Source: Ruminococcus sp.
GTDB lineage: Bacteria; Bacillota; Clostridia; Oscillospirales; Acutalibacteraceae
Assembly (NCBI GenBank): GCA_017473555.1
Contig: JAFUKO010000117.1
Coordinates: 5,197 to 69,196 of the forward strand
DNA: 64,000 bases
Reading direction: 5' to 3'
Shown: piece after piece, positions 50,593 to 60,030 of the stretch
Position numbering within the stretch: position 1 is the first letter of the stretch
Layout of the letters: each line of letters begins with the position of its first letter
Notes under the pieces: model-generated
What the model was told of the DNA's origin: nothing
What the model saw: only the letters and a program-made list of their open reading frames with translations
The model's database searches: none
Position numbers and translations under genes: made by a program

Positions 50593-52185
50593 ATGCGACT
50601 TGTTAATGTAAGCAACACTGATTACGGCGCTACATCTGAAGTTAAAAACATAAAGGGTGTAGCTGTATGCAAATATAGGGGTCGTTTTATGAAACGTTTT
50701 TGCTCTCTTTTACTCGTAGTTGTGATACTTATGGGTATAAGCCTGTCAGGATTGTCGGTAAATGCCGCACAGCATGATAATACAGGTGTTGTTTCTGATG
50801 GAAACAATGACGCTGAGACTATGGTAGTGCCACAGATACGTGTTACAACCGTTGACGGTAATGGTGTTTCACTTCAGAAAGCTAACGGTTATGTTGAGGC
50901 AACTATCACTATTACCGATACAGACTCATCTGTGCTGACTGATAATATTCTGTTTAAGGTGCGTGGTAATAGCACAGCGAACCCTGCTATTGCGAAAAAA
51001 GCTTTTACTATTAAGTTCGACTCAAAGAAAGATGTTCTTAATATGGGCAAGGCTAAAAAGTGGTCATTGCTTGCAAATGTCTTTGATCCTACACTTATGC
51101 GTAACTACATTGCCTTTGATTTTGCTCAGAAGATGGAGCTTCCATTTACTTCACAGCAACGCTATGTCGAGCTGTGGGTGGATAATAGCTATAGAGGTTG
51201 TTATGTGCTTACAGAACCGGTTGAAGAAGGTTCTACCAGAGTGGATATTGATATTGACAGCAATGATGGTATGAAGGACTTTCTTATTGAATTAGAAATG
51301 GATCGTGTTGAAGAAGATGTTTCTTACTTTACTACAAATTATATGAGATTTGCAGTTAAAGAGCCTGAAGAGCCTAACGATGAACAGCTCGAATATATAT
51401 CTTCTACAGTGAACAACATTATGGATGTAATTAAAAGCGGTAATAGGGAAGAAATTTCCAAGGTAGTTGATATCCCGTCTTTCACACGATATTATTTGCT
51501 TAACGAGTTATTCAAAACTCTGGATTTTAATTACAGCTCAGTATTCTTCTATTACAAAGATGGTGTTCTCTACAGCGGTCCTGCTTGGGACTATGACCTC
51601 GCTGCTGGTAACACCAGTGCTTCATACTCCGCGGTCAGCAAAGCAGCTGCTGACCCAACCGGACTTTTTGCTTCGGTTCGAAATATCTACTGGTATCTTT
51701 GCTCTTGTGATTGGTTTAAGAGCGAAATCCGTGAAACATATTTGCAATACTATGATTATATGTACAACATCACCTCAACAGGCGGTTTGATAGATACCCT
51801 GAATGAGGATTACGGATATATTTATGACCGCAACTACAGCGATGCAGGTTGGAGTCCGTCGAGATGGTGGGGCAATTTGCAGATGGAGCCTCTTGACACA
51901 TTTTCGGGGAATGTTGAATATTTGCGTGACTGGCTGTACACCCGTAATGTATGGATGAGCAACTATTACGATTTGCACGCAATTGCAGGTTTACGTGGTG
52001 ATGTAAATGGTGACGGAGTAGTTTCGATAATGGATGCAACTCTGACTCAATATCAGATGGCAGAGCTTCAATCATTGGATGGAAATGGCCTGTTGTGTGG
52101 AGATATCGATAAAAATGGTACTATATCAATTATGGACACAACTGATATTCAAAGATTCCTTGCACAGATAATTACTGATTTATAA
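50593..52185 (+). CDS. CotH-family kinase-like protein with a C-terminal dockerin
   Basis: The CotH core is VRGNSTANPAIAKKAFTIKFDSKKDVLNMGKAKKWSLLAN. The dockerin is GDVNGDGVVSIMDATLTQ ... GDIDKNGTISIMDTTDIQRFLA. The ATG at 50593 follows GGAGGG by 7 nt. An alternative start at 50689 sits directly before the signal peptide. Confidence 0.85.
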   Translation: MRLVNVSNTDYGATSEVKNIKGVAVCKYRGRFMKRFCSLLLVVVILMGISLSGLSVNAAQHDNTGVVSDGNNDAETMVVPQIRVTTVDGNGVSLQKANGYVEATITITDTDSSVLTDNILFKVRGNSTANPAIAKKAFTIKFDSKKDVLNMGKAKKWSLLANVFDPTLMRNYIAFDFAQKMELPFTSQQRYVELWVDNSYRGCYVLTEPVEEGSTRVDIDIDSNDGMKDFLIELEMDRVEEDVSYFTTNYMRFAVKEPEEPNDEQLEYISSTVNNIMDVIKSGNREEISKVVDIPSFTRYYLLNELFKTLDFNYSSVFFYYKDGVLYSGPAWDYDLAAGNTSASYSAVSKAAADPTGLFASVRNIYWYLCSCDWFKSEIRETYLQYYDYMYNITSTGGLIDTLNEDYGYIYDRNYSDAGWSPSRWWGNLQMEPLDTFSGNVEYLRDWLYTRNVWMSNYYDLHAIAGLRGDVNGDGVVSIMDATLTQYQMAELQSLDGNGLLCGDIDKNGTISIMDTTDIQRFLAQIITDL

Positions 52186-52196
52186 TAGAATAACAT

Positions 52197-52236
52197 AAAA
52201 AAGAACACTCACCGTTTGAAGTGAGTGTTCTTTTTG
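52197..52236. terminator. Bidirectional terminator
   Basis: AGAACACTCAC ... GTGAGTGTTCT stem flanked by AAAAA and TTTTT. Confidence 0.8.
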
Positions 52237-52249
52237 TGTGTAGTATTTA

Positions 52250-53833
52250 TTACTTAATTACCATCAGATTTTTTGAAGACTCATATAGCCAGATTCCATC
52301 GTCAGGGTACTCTGCAATAAGTGTCATTGTTGCTCCTGCTTCGGCAGCTTTTTGTAAAGCGATGTCCTTGTTGCCACTGTACAGGTAGTACACGCACTCG
52401 CTACTGTCAACATTGTAAATAGAAGAATCACAGAGGTATGTGACAGGTTCGAATACGTCATTATCAGGGTGGTTCCAGAATCCTGCTGTGATGGCACCGT
52501 CTGAAGCAATAGCGACATCTTCACATTGATTCCATCCTGAATATATAGTGGTATATCCTTTTTCTATCAGTAAATCACTGATTTCATAACTGAGATTGGA
52601 GTATCTATCTCTGGCTTCATTAACGGCAGGTAACACTGCGTTGTTAAGAGAGCTGACCATCAGCACTGCAACAAGCAACACGGTTACAATCTTGCCCAGT
52701 CGCCAATGATGATAGGCATATACAACTAAAAGTGATATAAGCACATACAGCATAAAATAGTATATGTTTCGTACTGATAATTTTGTGAACATATCTATTA
52801 CAAAAACTCCTGCAATGCTGAAAGCGAATAAGGAGATAAGTGTTCCCCAGCCTTTAGACGGAGCCGTTTTTCTGTACTTAATCTGAAATGCTGATATAAC
52901 AGTGATGATAACTGCTATAAGAAGCACTATGCCGTAATTCTCGCTTTTTGTGAGCAATTTCACCAGATGGGATATACTGTCGTTAACAGCCTTAGGTATT
53001 TCGTTTTTACTCAACAGTGTAGTGGTGGAGATAATCTCGTTGTGTGGAATATCGAGCAGTTTGATTGCTACAATGCCCATAAAATTAGCGACTAAAAAAG
53101 AGCCTGTGATAATAACGCCCTGCCACTGGATTTTCCTGTTGCGGTAAAAATAAACAGCTTGCTCAAAACACTCCACAGCTACCATAGGTACCAGCATTAC
53201 AGCGGTCTGGCGTAAGCTTTGCATACCGGTCGCAAATGACATCAGTAATGCGATAACAAGAATAATTATTCTGAATACAGTAAGTTTTTCATTACGACGC
53301 AAAAAACATCCGAAACCGAGAAAAGCAGTGATAAGATAGCAGGCATAGTAGGAACAAAGTGTAAAGAACAACTGCCAGCCGTTAAGTTTGTAAATCGCAT
53401 CACCACAGAAAGCTACGAGTGTTACAAGACACACCAAGCCTAAAAGACGTTCATGAGACTTTTTAAACACAGGGCGTGTCATCCACGAATACGAAAGGAA
53501 GATTCCTAAAGTCATAAGAATAGTAGCTATAGCCATAGATAAAGCAGGGTTACCCACGATGCCGTATACCAGCGACGCAAGTGCCGGAGTGGCTATTATG
53601 TAAAACTGGTTGCCGAAAACCCAGCCTTCCGGAAACAGAGATTTAGCTTCCCAGGCTTTGACAGAGTACAGTATATCGGAGTACATATCTGTACAGTAAA
53701 AACCAGTGTTAAGAGAAAGGTTCAAATAGCATATAAAAATGAAATAGACCAAAAGACATCCAAGAAACAGGATAGTCATAAGAGAATTGTGTGATTGAAA
53801 AATCGACAAAGCCTTCGACAATTTAGATTTCAT
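52250..53833 (-). CDS. Polytopic membrane protein with a C-terminal extracytoplasmic domain (GT-C-like glycosyltransferase is possible but unproven)
   Basis: About 12 hydrophobic segments followed by an about 130-aa soluble tail. RBS AAGGTGG. No motif recognised. Confidence 0.5.
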   Translation of the reverse strand: MKSKLSKALSIFQSHNSLMTILFLGCLLVYFIFICYLNLSLNTGFYCTDMYSDILYSVKAWEAKSLFPEGWVFGNQFYIIATPALASLVYGIVGNPALSMAIATILMTLGIFLSYSWMTRPVFKKSHERLLGLVCLVTLVAFCGDAIYKLNGWQLFFTLCSYYACYLITAFLGFGCFLRRNEKLTVFRIIILVIALLMSFATGMQSLRQTAVMLVPMVAVECFEQAVYFYRNRKIQWQGVIITGSFLVANFMGIVAIKLLDIPHNEIISTTTLLSKNEIPKAVNDSISHLVKLLTKSENYGIVLLIAVIITVISAFQIKYRKTAPSKGWGTLISLFAFSIAGVFVIDMFTKLSVRNIYYFMLYVLISLLVVYAYHHWRLGKIVTVLLVAVLMVSSLNNAVLPAVNEARDRYSNLSYEISDLLIEKGYTTIYSGWNQCEDVAIASDGAITAGFWNHPDNDVFEPVTYLCDSSIYNVDSSECVYYLYSGNKDIALQKAAEAGATMTLIAEYPDDGIWLYESSKNLMVIK

Positions 53834-54029
53834 TTTCTGTTACCACCTTACCACCTTTATGATTTATCAATTGTACCATATGATATGTAAAAACGCAAGA
53901 TAACTGGCGGATGTGTGATACGAGGAAACACAGATTCAAAAACATTCTACATGTTAGATGCTATGAGTTTACAAATCAATTTCATAATAGTATACTTAAA
54001 TTAACAAATATATTTGAGGAGGCGGTTTT

Positions 54030-55688
54030 TTGAAAAAAGTAATATCGTTGTTCTTCGCTATTATTATGGTATGTAGTGTGTTTTACGCTGTACCATTCAC
54101 AGCATTTGCAAAGGAAGTTGATATAGCACATTCAGCTTCTTCAAAACCTGTGATTTCGGTTGAGTACGTAAAGCTCAATCCGTATATGGGCAGTTACGGT
54201 GAGTTTGTACTTAAGGTTACAGGAGCTACCAATGTAACTTATCAATGGCAGGCAGGTTATTATGACAGTGCGCTTGCCCCTGTAGATCTTGATGATAACG
54301 AATATTATATCGGAACAAAAACAAACCATTTTAAGATTCTGGCATCAGGACAACTTGATACTCTTGAGTTTCGTTGCAAGATTACCTATGACGGCGGTTC
54401 TACTTATAGTCAGATTTTCCATTTTACATTCCTTGACCCTAAGGTGATCAGCAGAGCATACGTTGTAGGTGTGGATGCTCCTGTTTTCGGATGCGTCCCA
54501 AAATACAGTACTGATGATATTCAGAGTAAACAATACGAATTGGAATCAATGGTGTGGTATGGACCAATAAATGGCTCATCTGCTCCTGAGATGAAGAGTA
54601 CTGATGTTTACGTTGAAGGTAAGTACAAATGCAGATTCTATCTTGATCCTGCAGAGGGATATACTTTCAATGAAAATTCTGATTGTAGTGTGGATGGCAT
54701 TATTTGCGATGTGTATTCTGAAAAGAGAGATGACGGAACAACCGCTTATTATGCAGACCGTGTTTACACAGTAGCTTATAAGGGAAACGTGCCTGAGGGA
54801 ATTCTGGACTTTGAGTGGAAAAATCCGTCTGATACAAGCTCTAATGTTAATTTAGGCAATGCGTACCTTGGCACAGATTCGATGGACATTCCGTTTGAGT
54901 TTAAAATAAAGGCTTTGCCTAAAAATATGGCGATAGCTGATTATACTGTTTATGGAAGCACGTATATTCAGGTCAATAGTAAAAGTGTTTATTATACACA
55001 TACAGGCGATAGAGTTAATCTTAAAGATGTGGCAACCGTTCCGGGAAGATATTATATCTACCATGAGCTTTTCCTTCTTGATCCCGAGGGAAATGAGATA
55101 GCAACAGAGTCTGTGTGCTATTTTGTAAATGTCTATACACCGACATTCATCACAGATTTGTCAGTGGAGGTTGATGAGCCTATAGCGGGCCTTGAAGCGG
55201 AAATAGCTTTTTTGAACAAGACAGAAGGCTGTGTTGTCGATAATATGTATTGGTATGATATAACCGATGGGGAGCGTGTTCTGCTCAAGCAAACAGACAC
55301 CTTTGAGGCGGGGCGCACATATCAGGTTGAGATGTGGCTTAAAGCGAATGACGGTTATTATCTGAGTACGGACAAGGAAGGCTATCTTAACGTAAATGCA
55401 AAAATAAACGGCAAGCCTGCAGAGGTTTTGCTTGATTCTTCTGACAAAGTGGCAGGATTCACACTTGATTTTACTATCCCAAAAGACGATTTTATGCTCG
55501 GCGATGTTAACGGCGATGGCCGCATCACTATTATGGATGCAACTGCTATCCAGCTCCATATTGCTCAGCTTGAGATGCTTCCTGAAGATAAACTGGCTTG
55601 TGCTGATACAGACGGTGACGGTAAAATTGCAATCATGGACGCTACACAGATTCAGCTGTTTATCGCACAGCTTATTCCTGAACTATAG
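54030..55688 (+). CDS. Secreted dockerin-containing protein of unknown function
   Basis: TTG start 8 nt after GGAGG. It has a signal peptide. The C-terminal dockerin is GDVNGDGRITIMDATAIQLHIA ... DTDGDGKIAIMDATQIQLFIA. Confidence 0.8.
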   Translation: MKKVISLFFAIIMVCSVFYAVPFTAFAKEVDIAHSASSKPVISVEYVKLNPYMGSYGEFVLKVTGATNVTYQWQAGYYDSALAPVDLDDNEYYIGTKTNHFKILASGQLDTLEFRCKITYDGGSTYSQIFHFTFLDPKVISRAYVVGVDAPVFGCVPKYSTDDIQSKQYELESMVWYGPINGSSAPEMKSTDVYVEGKYKCRFYLDPAEGYTFNENSDCSVDGIICDVYSEKRDDGTTAYYADRVYTVAYKGNVPEGILDFEWKNPSDTSSNVNLGNAYLGTDSMDIPFEFKIKALPKNMAIADYTVYGSTYIQVNSKSVYYTHTGDRVNLKDVATVPGRYYIYHELFLLDPEGNEIATESVCYFVNVYTPTFITDLSVEVDEPIAGLEAEIAFLNKTEGCVVDNMYWYDITDGERVLLKQTDTFEAGRTYQVEMWLKANDGYYLSTDKEGYLNVNAKINGKPAEVLLDSSDKVAGFTLDFTIPKDDFMLGDVNGDGRITIMDATAIQLHIAQLEMLPEDKLACADTDGDGKIAIMDATQIQLFIAQLIPEL

Positions 55689-55788
55689 TTTTATAGGACG
55701 AGAAGAGTTTTGATGCTATTTTGATACTTTTTCAAATTTTAGCGTTACTTATTGTATACACGCTGATATTTTGATGCTAAGAAAATCT

Positions 55789-55828
55789 AAGACTGATGTG
55801 AACGTTTGGTTCACACCAGTCTTTTTGT
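55789..55828 (+). terminator. Intrinsic terminator
   Basis: AGACTGATGTGAAC ... GTTCACACCAGTCT stem followed by TTTTT. Confidence 0.75.
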
Positions 55829-55883
55829 TTGTCGTATATTAACTTGTAATCATATCTTTGGCAACATAAATACAGCAATTTCA

Positions 55884-55918
55884 GATGCTCAAAATTTGAC
55901 CTGCTTAAACAAAGAATA
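55884..55918. repeat. Copy A of a dispersed about 36-bp repeat (copy B at 60150-60186)
   Basis: GATGCTCAAAATTTGACCTGCTTAAACAAAGAATA compared with GAGCATATCAAATTCTGACCCGCTTAAACAAAGAATA. The 16-nt core GCTTAAACAAAGAATA is identical in both. Confidence 0.7.
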
Positions 55919-55973
55919 TAGACAAAGTATTTTAACTGGATTTGCCTCATAACAAATATATGTTATGAAAACC

Positions 55974-56010
55974 TAAAAACAAAACCTCCGCTGATTTTTA
56001 GCGGAGGTTC
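55974..56010 (-). terminator. Intrinsic terminator of the second RR-HK operon
   Basis: AACCTCCGC-N9-GCGGAGGTT stem preceded on the plus strand by an A-rich run. Confidence 0.75.
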
Positions 56011-56023
56011 TAGGTTAGCTTGA

Positions 56024-57328
56024 TTATTTACTTCTGTTAAGCACAACAGTAAAGGTAAAAATCATCGAATTTTCATCAAATGAATACTCGATATAGCCGT
56101 CGTATTCTTTAGCAATACGTTTTATACTTCTGATGCCGAAGCCGTGGATGTCTTTGTTTGACTTGGTGGTTTTTAGCTCACCGCCGGATTTCTTTGGAGC
56201 AGTAGCGCAAGAGTTTTCGAGATGAATAACAACGAAGTTAGAATGGTTTTCTTTTATTGTCAGATCAATAGTTTTATCTTTTGAGTTTTTTGAAGCCTCT
56301 ACTGCATTTTCGAGCAGATTGTCAAGAATCGAAGTTAGATTAGCATCGTTAATAAACGAAAAATCAATATCTCTGACATCGCAGTATAAGTCTATACCAT
56401 AGTTTTTGCACACCGACACATAACGATTAATAATAGCGTTAACTAGCTTATGTGTGCTGTATTTGCGTAGGTGCTTTATTTGATATTCACCGTATAAGTC
56501 ATCAATATATTTATTGATGCTTGTACAGTCGTTATGATTTGCATACTCCTTTATAGACATCAAATGGCGTTTAATATCATGAATCAAAATATTTGAACTC
56601 TCGTAATGATTCTGTAATAGTGAATAATACTCAGTGTCGATTTCAGCTTTCTGTGTTTGAAGTCTGTATTCTGTGATTTCCTGCTGTGTCTTTAGCATTG
56701 ATTCGTGTATCCAGAATATAATGATGTTCGAGTAAATCAAAAGAATAGTTGAAACCATAAATATGAAGTAAACTGTTTTTGGAACATCAATAATAATTGT
56801 AATAGTAAGAATACCGTGCAACAAAACAATAGATGCTAGTGGCAAAATAAAGAGGAAGGCTTCCTTTGATGAGCGAAATGTTTTTCGTGATTCTTTTCTA
56901 GACAGTTTTGCGATGAGAAGTGCCACGAAGAAATAGAGTAACTTTGTACACGCAGTTTGTATCCATAGCACTGTGTCATTGACAGTAGCCTCTAATATTT
57001 CAGTACCGAAGAGTAATGTAGAACTGTAGTATATGCATAATTCTGTAATTACCATTGTTGCGGTCAATATAGCTGAATTAAAGATTGATTGAAAAATACT
57101 GGTATCGAATAACAAGAAACACAATAGTATATTAAACACCAAAAAAGCTCCAAGGTTTATAAATGGCATCTCCAAAAAGCTAAGAGCAAATTGAAGAAAA
57201 GCTGAGATTGTAAAACTCCAGAATACCATTTTTTTAGAAGCTTTTATATCGAATTTTTCAGAGAAGCACATCAGTGAGATGAGAGCCTCAAATATATATG
57301 TGAGCAAATAACATATTGCAGATATCAT
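56024..57328 (-). CDS. AgrC/HPK10-like sensor histidine kinase
   Basis: 6-7 TM segments, H-box IHDIKRHLMSI, N-box LDNLLENAVEAS, G-box HGFGIRSI. Confidence 0.85.
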   Translation of the reverse strand: MISAICYLLTYIFEALISLMCFSEKFDIKASKKMVFWSFTISAFLQFALSFLEMPFINLGAFLVFNILLCFLLFDTSIFQSIFNSAILTATMVITELCIYYSSTLLFGTEILEATVNDTVLWIQTACTKLLYFFVALLIAKLSRKESRKTFRSSKEAFLFILPLASIVLLHGILTITIIIDVPKTVYFIFMVSTILLIYSNIIIFWIHESMLKTQQEITEYRLQTQKAEIDTEYYSLLQNHYESSNILIHDIKRHLMSIKEYANHNDCTSINKYIDDLYGEYQIKHLRKYSTHKLVNAIINRYVSVCKNYGIDLYCDVRDIDFSFINDANLTSILDNLLENAVEASKNSKDKTIDLTIKENHSNFVVIHLENSCATAPKKSGGELKTTKSNKDIHGFGIRSIKRIAKEYDGYIEYSFDENSMIFTFTVVLNRSK

Positions 57329-58047
57329 CAGTTGTTACCCCCAACAAAAGCCATAAATTCATTCTTTAGTTGTGTATAATGTCGTCTGGATACACACGCG
57401 ACAGTCACAAGTTCGTTTTCTGCCTGAAATGTTATCACAGTTTTATCAACATTGATTACATTCTGCAAATTCACAAGAAAGCTCTTGTGAGAGAAAACAA
57501 AACAGGTTGGCTGATTTATAAGCTTTTCCCATTCGAATGGCTTTTTGTTTGTCTTGTAGGTAGCTGTTTTTGTTACAACTGTAGAACCATACTTAAGGTT
57601 TTCGATATACAATATGTCTTTTGTTTTCACTCTGCTGATACCATCATCGGTTTCGATAGCAATATTTTTGCTTATATTTTTGTAGTGTTCCACAGCTTCA
57701 GTAAAGTTTCTGCAAAATCGTTTCTCGTCAATTGGTTTTGATAGATACCTAAAGACTGAAATTTTCATCGCATTGTCAAGATAATCAAAGTAGGATGTAA
57801 GAATAATTACGATGGTTTCAGGGTTGTTTTTCTTCAAATTCTCTGCGACCTGAAGCCCGCTTATGTCGCCCATCTCAATATCAAGTATAGCTATATCATA
57901 CACAGCATTTATATCAAGTGAAAAATCGCCACTATTCTGGGTCTCAATATTGAATTCAAGATTTTCGTAAGATTTTATATTTTCGAGTAAGTTTGTGACT
58001 TGTTCTACGATGTTTTTATCATCGTCACAGATAAGAATACTAAGCAT
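57328..58047 (-). CDS. LytTR-family response regulator
   Basis: REC (ICDDDK ... IAILDIEM ... LSKP) plus LytTR (ILYIENLKYGSTVVT ... SHKSFLVNL). The ATG at 58047 lies 8 nt after GAGGTG. The stop overlaps the kinase start. Confidence 0.9.
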   Translation of the reverse strand: MLSILICDDDKNIVEQVTNLLENIKSYENLEFNIETQNSGDFSLDINAVYDIAILDIEMGDISGLQVAENLKKNNPETIVIILTSYFDYLDNAMKISVFRYLSKPIDEKRFCRNFTEAVEHYKNISKNIAIETDDGISRVKTKDILYIENLKYGSTVVTKTATYKTNKKPFEWEKLINQPTCFVFSHKSFLVNLQNVINVDKTVITFQAENELVTVACVSRRHYTQLKNEFMAFVGGNN

Positions 58048-58116
58048 AAACATTACACCTCATATTAATTATACAGAAGGAATACACTTTTGTCATCAGA
58101 TTTTAAAACTCAAAAA

Positions 58117-58186
58117 TGACCGATTTTGCTAAAAATGATACCGTTTTTTCTGTAAGTGAGATTTTTAGCTTAGCAAGTGTTATAAT
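58117..58186 (+). promoter_or_regulatory. Bipartite direct repeat plus extended -10 promoter (candidate LytTR operator), cassette 1
   Basis: TGACCGATTTTGC (58117-58129) and TGATACCGTTTTTTC (58136-58150), then TGtTATAAT (58178-58186). The whole block is conserved at 59267-59336. Confidence 0.5.
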
Positions 58187-58235
58187 CCAGTTGGGTATAG
58201 TATTGCTATATAAATGCTTTTTAGGAGATGATTTT

Positions 58236-59174
58236 ATGAAAAAACTAATGAGATTATTTACTTCAATTTTAGTGATTGCGATTCTTACTACGTGTTGTAT
58301 TATTTCTTCAAACGCCGCAATTCCACCCCAGAAGTACGGCGATCTCGATTACGATGATGTGGTTACAGTGATCGATGCTACAATTATTCAATGTCATCTT
58401 GCTCAGATTAAATTAATATTAGGTGATACGCAGGAAGCTGCGGACGTTGATAAGGACAACGAAGTAACTATTTTAGATGCAACTCTGATTCAGCAGTATG
58501 TCGCAAGATATGACGTTGAGTTTCCTGATGATGAGTATTTCTTAGTTGATGCGTATTTGTATGGAGTTATTCTTGATTATGATTCAGGAAAAGCTATGGC
58601 TTCAATACCTGTCAATTTCTATGTTGACGGATTTAATGAACCGGGTCCAAGTACAGTTAAGCTTTATGTAGATCATGAGTTAGTTGTTCAAACAAGTGAG
58701 CTCGGATTACCACCTCACGAAGATGAATATGTTCTTACTCACACATTTGAAAAAGCAGGTACATATGACCTTGTGATTTGTGTATGTGACAAATGGGGTG
58801 AGTCACTAGACTGGAGAATCGATGATTACGTAGTTGTTGACCCTGTTACAGATACATCCAAACCAATTATCACCTCCATAAGACGTGATTCTTTAATATC
58901 ATTAACTCCTGAATTTATAGCTCAAGCGCAGTACGGCACAGCACCATACGAGTATAAATTCGAACTATATTCAACATGGTACTTTGATGATGAAGGTATA
59001 GATGATTATTTAATAGCTTCTCAGGATTTCTCGGAAGATGATACTTTTGAAGTGGATCTTAGACACTACGGCACTGGTGGTTTATATAAAATTATAGTAA
59101 CAGTTAGAGATTCAAACGGGGCTAAAACAACAGAGTCTCAGATATTCGAAATACATACAGTTGATCCAGCGTAA
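58236..59174 (+). CDS. Secreted protein with an N-terminal dockerin directly after the signal peptide
   Basis: ATG 6 nt after AGGAG. Signal peptide MKKLMRLFTSILVIAILTTCCIISSNA. The dockerin is YGDLDYDDVVTVIDATIIQCHLA ... DVDKDNEVTILDATLIQQYVA. Confidence 0.8.
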   Translation: MKKLMRLFTSILVIAILTTCCIISSNAAIPPQKYGDLDYDDVVTVIDATIIQCHLAQIKLILGDTQEAADVDKDNEVTILDATLIQQYVARYDVEFPDDEYFLVDAYLYGVILDYDSGKAMASIPVNFYVDGFNEPGPSTVKLYVDHELVVQTSELGLPPHEDEYVLTHTFEKAGTYDLVICVCDKWGESLDWRIDDYVVVDPVTDTSKPIITSIRRDSLISLTPEFIAQAQYGTAPYEYKFELYSTWYFDDEGIDDYLIASQDFSEDDTFEVDLRHYGTGGLYKIIVTVRDSNGAKTTESQIFEIHTVDPA

Positions 59175-59215
59175 AGCTAAATATTAACCATTCTCATATA
59201 TAACCCTACACAAAG

Positions 59216-59250
59216 ATAGCACCGAGGTTTAAATTTCGGTGCCTTTCTAT
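59216..59250 (+). terminator. Terminator module, cassette 1
   Basis: GCACCGA-N10-TCGGTGC stem followed by CTTTC. It is homologous to the module at 60031-60060. Confidence 0.5.
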
Positions 59251-59266
59251 ATACAACATATAAAAT

Positions 59267-59336
59267 TGACCGATTTTGCCTAAATTGATACCATTTTTGC
59301 CAAATGCGAGATTTTTTTCTTGTTAAATGCTATACT
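59267..59336 (+). promoter_or_regulatory. Bipartite direct repeat plus extended -10 promoter, cassette 2
   Basis: TGACCGATTTTGC (59267-59279) and TGATACCATTTTTGC (59286-59300), then TGcTATACT (59328-59336). Confidence 0.5.
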
Positions 59337-59385
59337 TAAATCGGAGGTAGTGTGGCTACTCAAATATATTTCGGGAGTTGATTTT

Positions 59386-60000
59386 ATGAAAAAATTAGCA
59401 ACTTTTGTTTTAGTATTGGCGATGATTCTTTCTACAGTGGCTGTTGGAGTTAATGCTACAACTTTAGAAGAAGAGTTGTCCACTCAGATGTTCGATTACT
59501 TTGGAGGTAATGAGGCGGATTTATCTTATCTCCCATCTGATGCACCTCTGGTAGTCTTGGGCGATTGTGTAGAAGTTGATGATATGGTTATCTTCAGTGC
59601 TTATGCAGTTTGGATGGGTGCTGATTGTGCAGAAGTAGCAGAAAGATACGGAGATTGTTGTGTTTGGGCTGGTGGGATTACCTATCCATCTCACACAGGT
59701 ATGTTCGTCAGAAAAGATGGCGAAATCTACACTTTAAAAGAGGCTTGGGAAAACGGAATAATTATTGATTTATCACCTGCTGTCGGTTTTTCGGAATACG
59801 CACAAGTGTATCCTATCGGAGATGCAGATTTAGATTACGAGGTATCTGTTTTAGATGCAACTCTTATTCAAATGGAAGTCGCAAAAATGAGACCGTTGGG
59901 TCAACATTGGATCTTTGAAGTGAGTGATGTTGATGATGATGGCGATGTTTCTGTATTAGATGCCACAGCCATCCAGCTGAAAATAGCAAGAATAGAGTAA
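59386..60000 (+). CDS. Secreted protein with a C-terminal dockerin
   Basis: Signal peptide MKKLATFVLVLAMILSTVAVGVNA. The dockerin is GDADLDYEVSVLDATLIQMEVA ... DVDDDGDVSVLDATAIQLKIA. Confidence 0.8.
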   Translation: MKKLATFVLVLAMILSTVAVGVNATTLEEELSTQMFDYFGGNEADLSYLPSDAPLVVLGDCVEVDDMVIFSAYAVWMGADCAEVAERYGDCCVWAGGITYPSHTGMFVRKDGEIYTLKEAWENGIIIDLSPAVGFSEYAQVYPIGDADLDYEVSVLDATLIQMEVAKMRPLGQHWIFEVSDVDDDGDVSVLDATAIQLKIARIE

Positions 60001-60030
60001 TACCTAAAAATATAATCCCCTGAACAAAGA

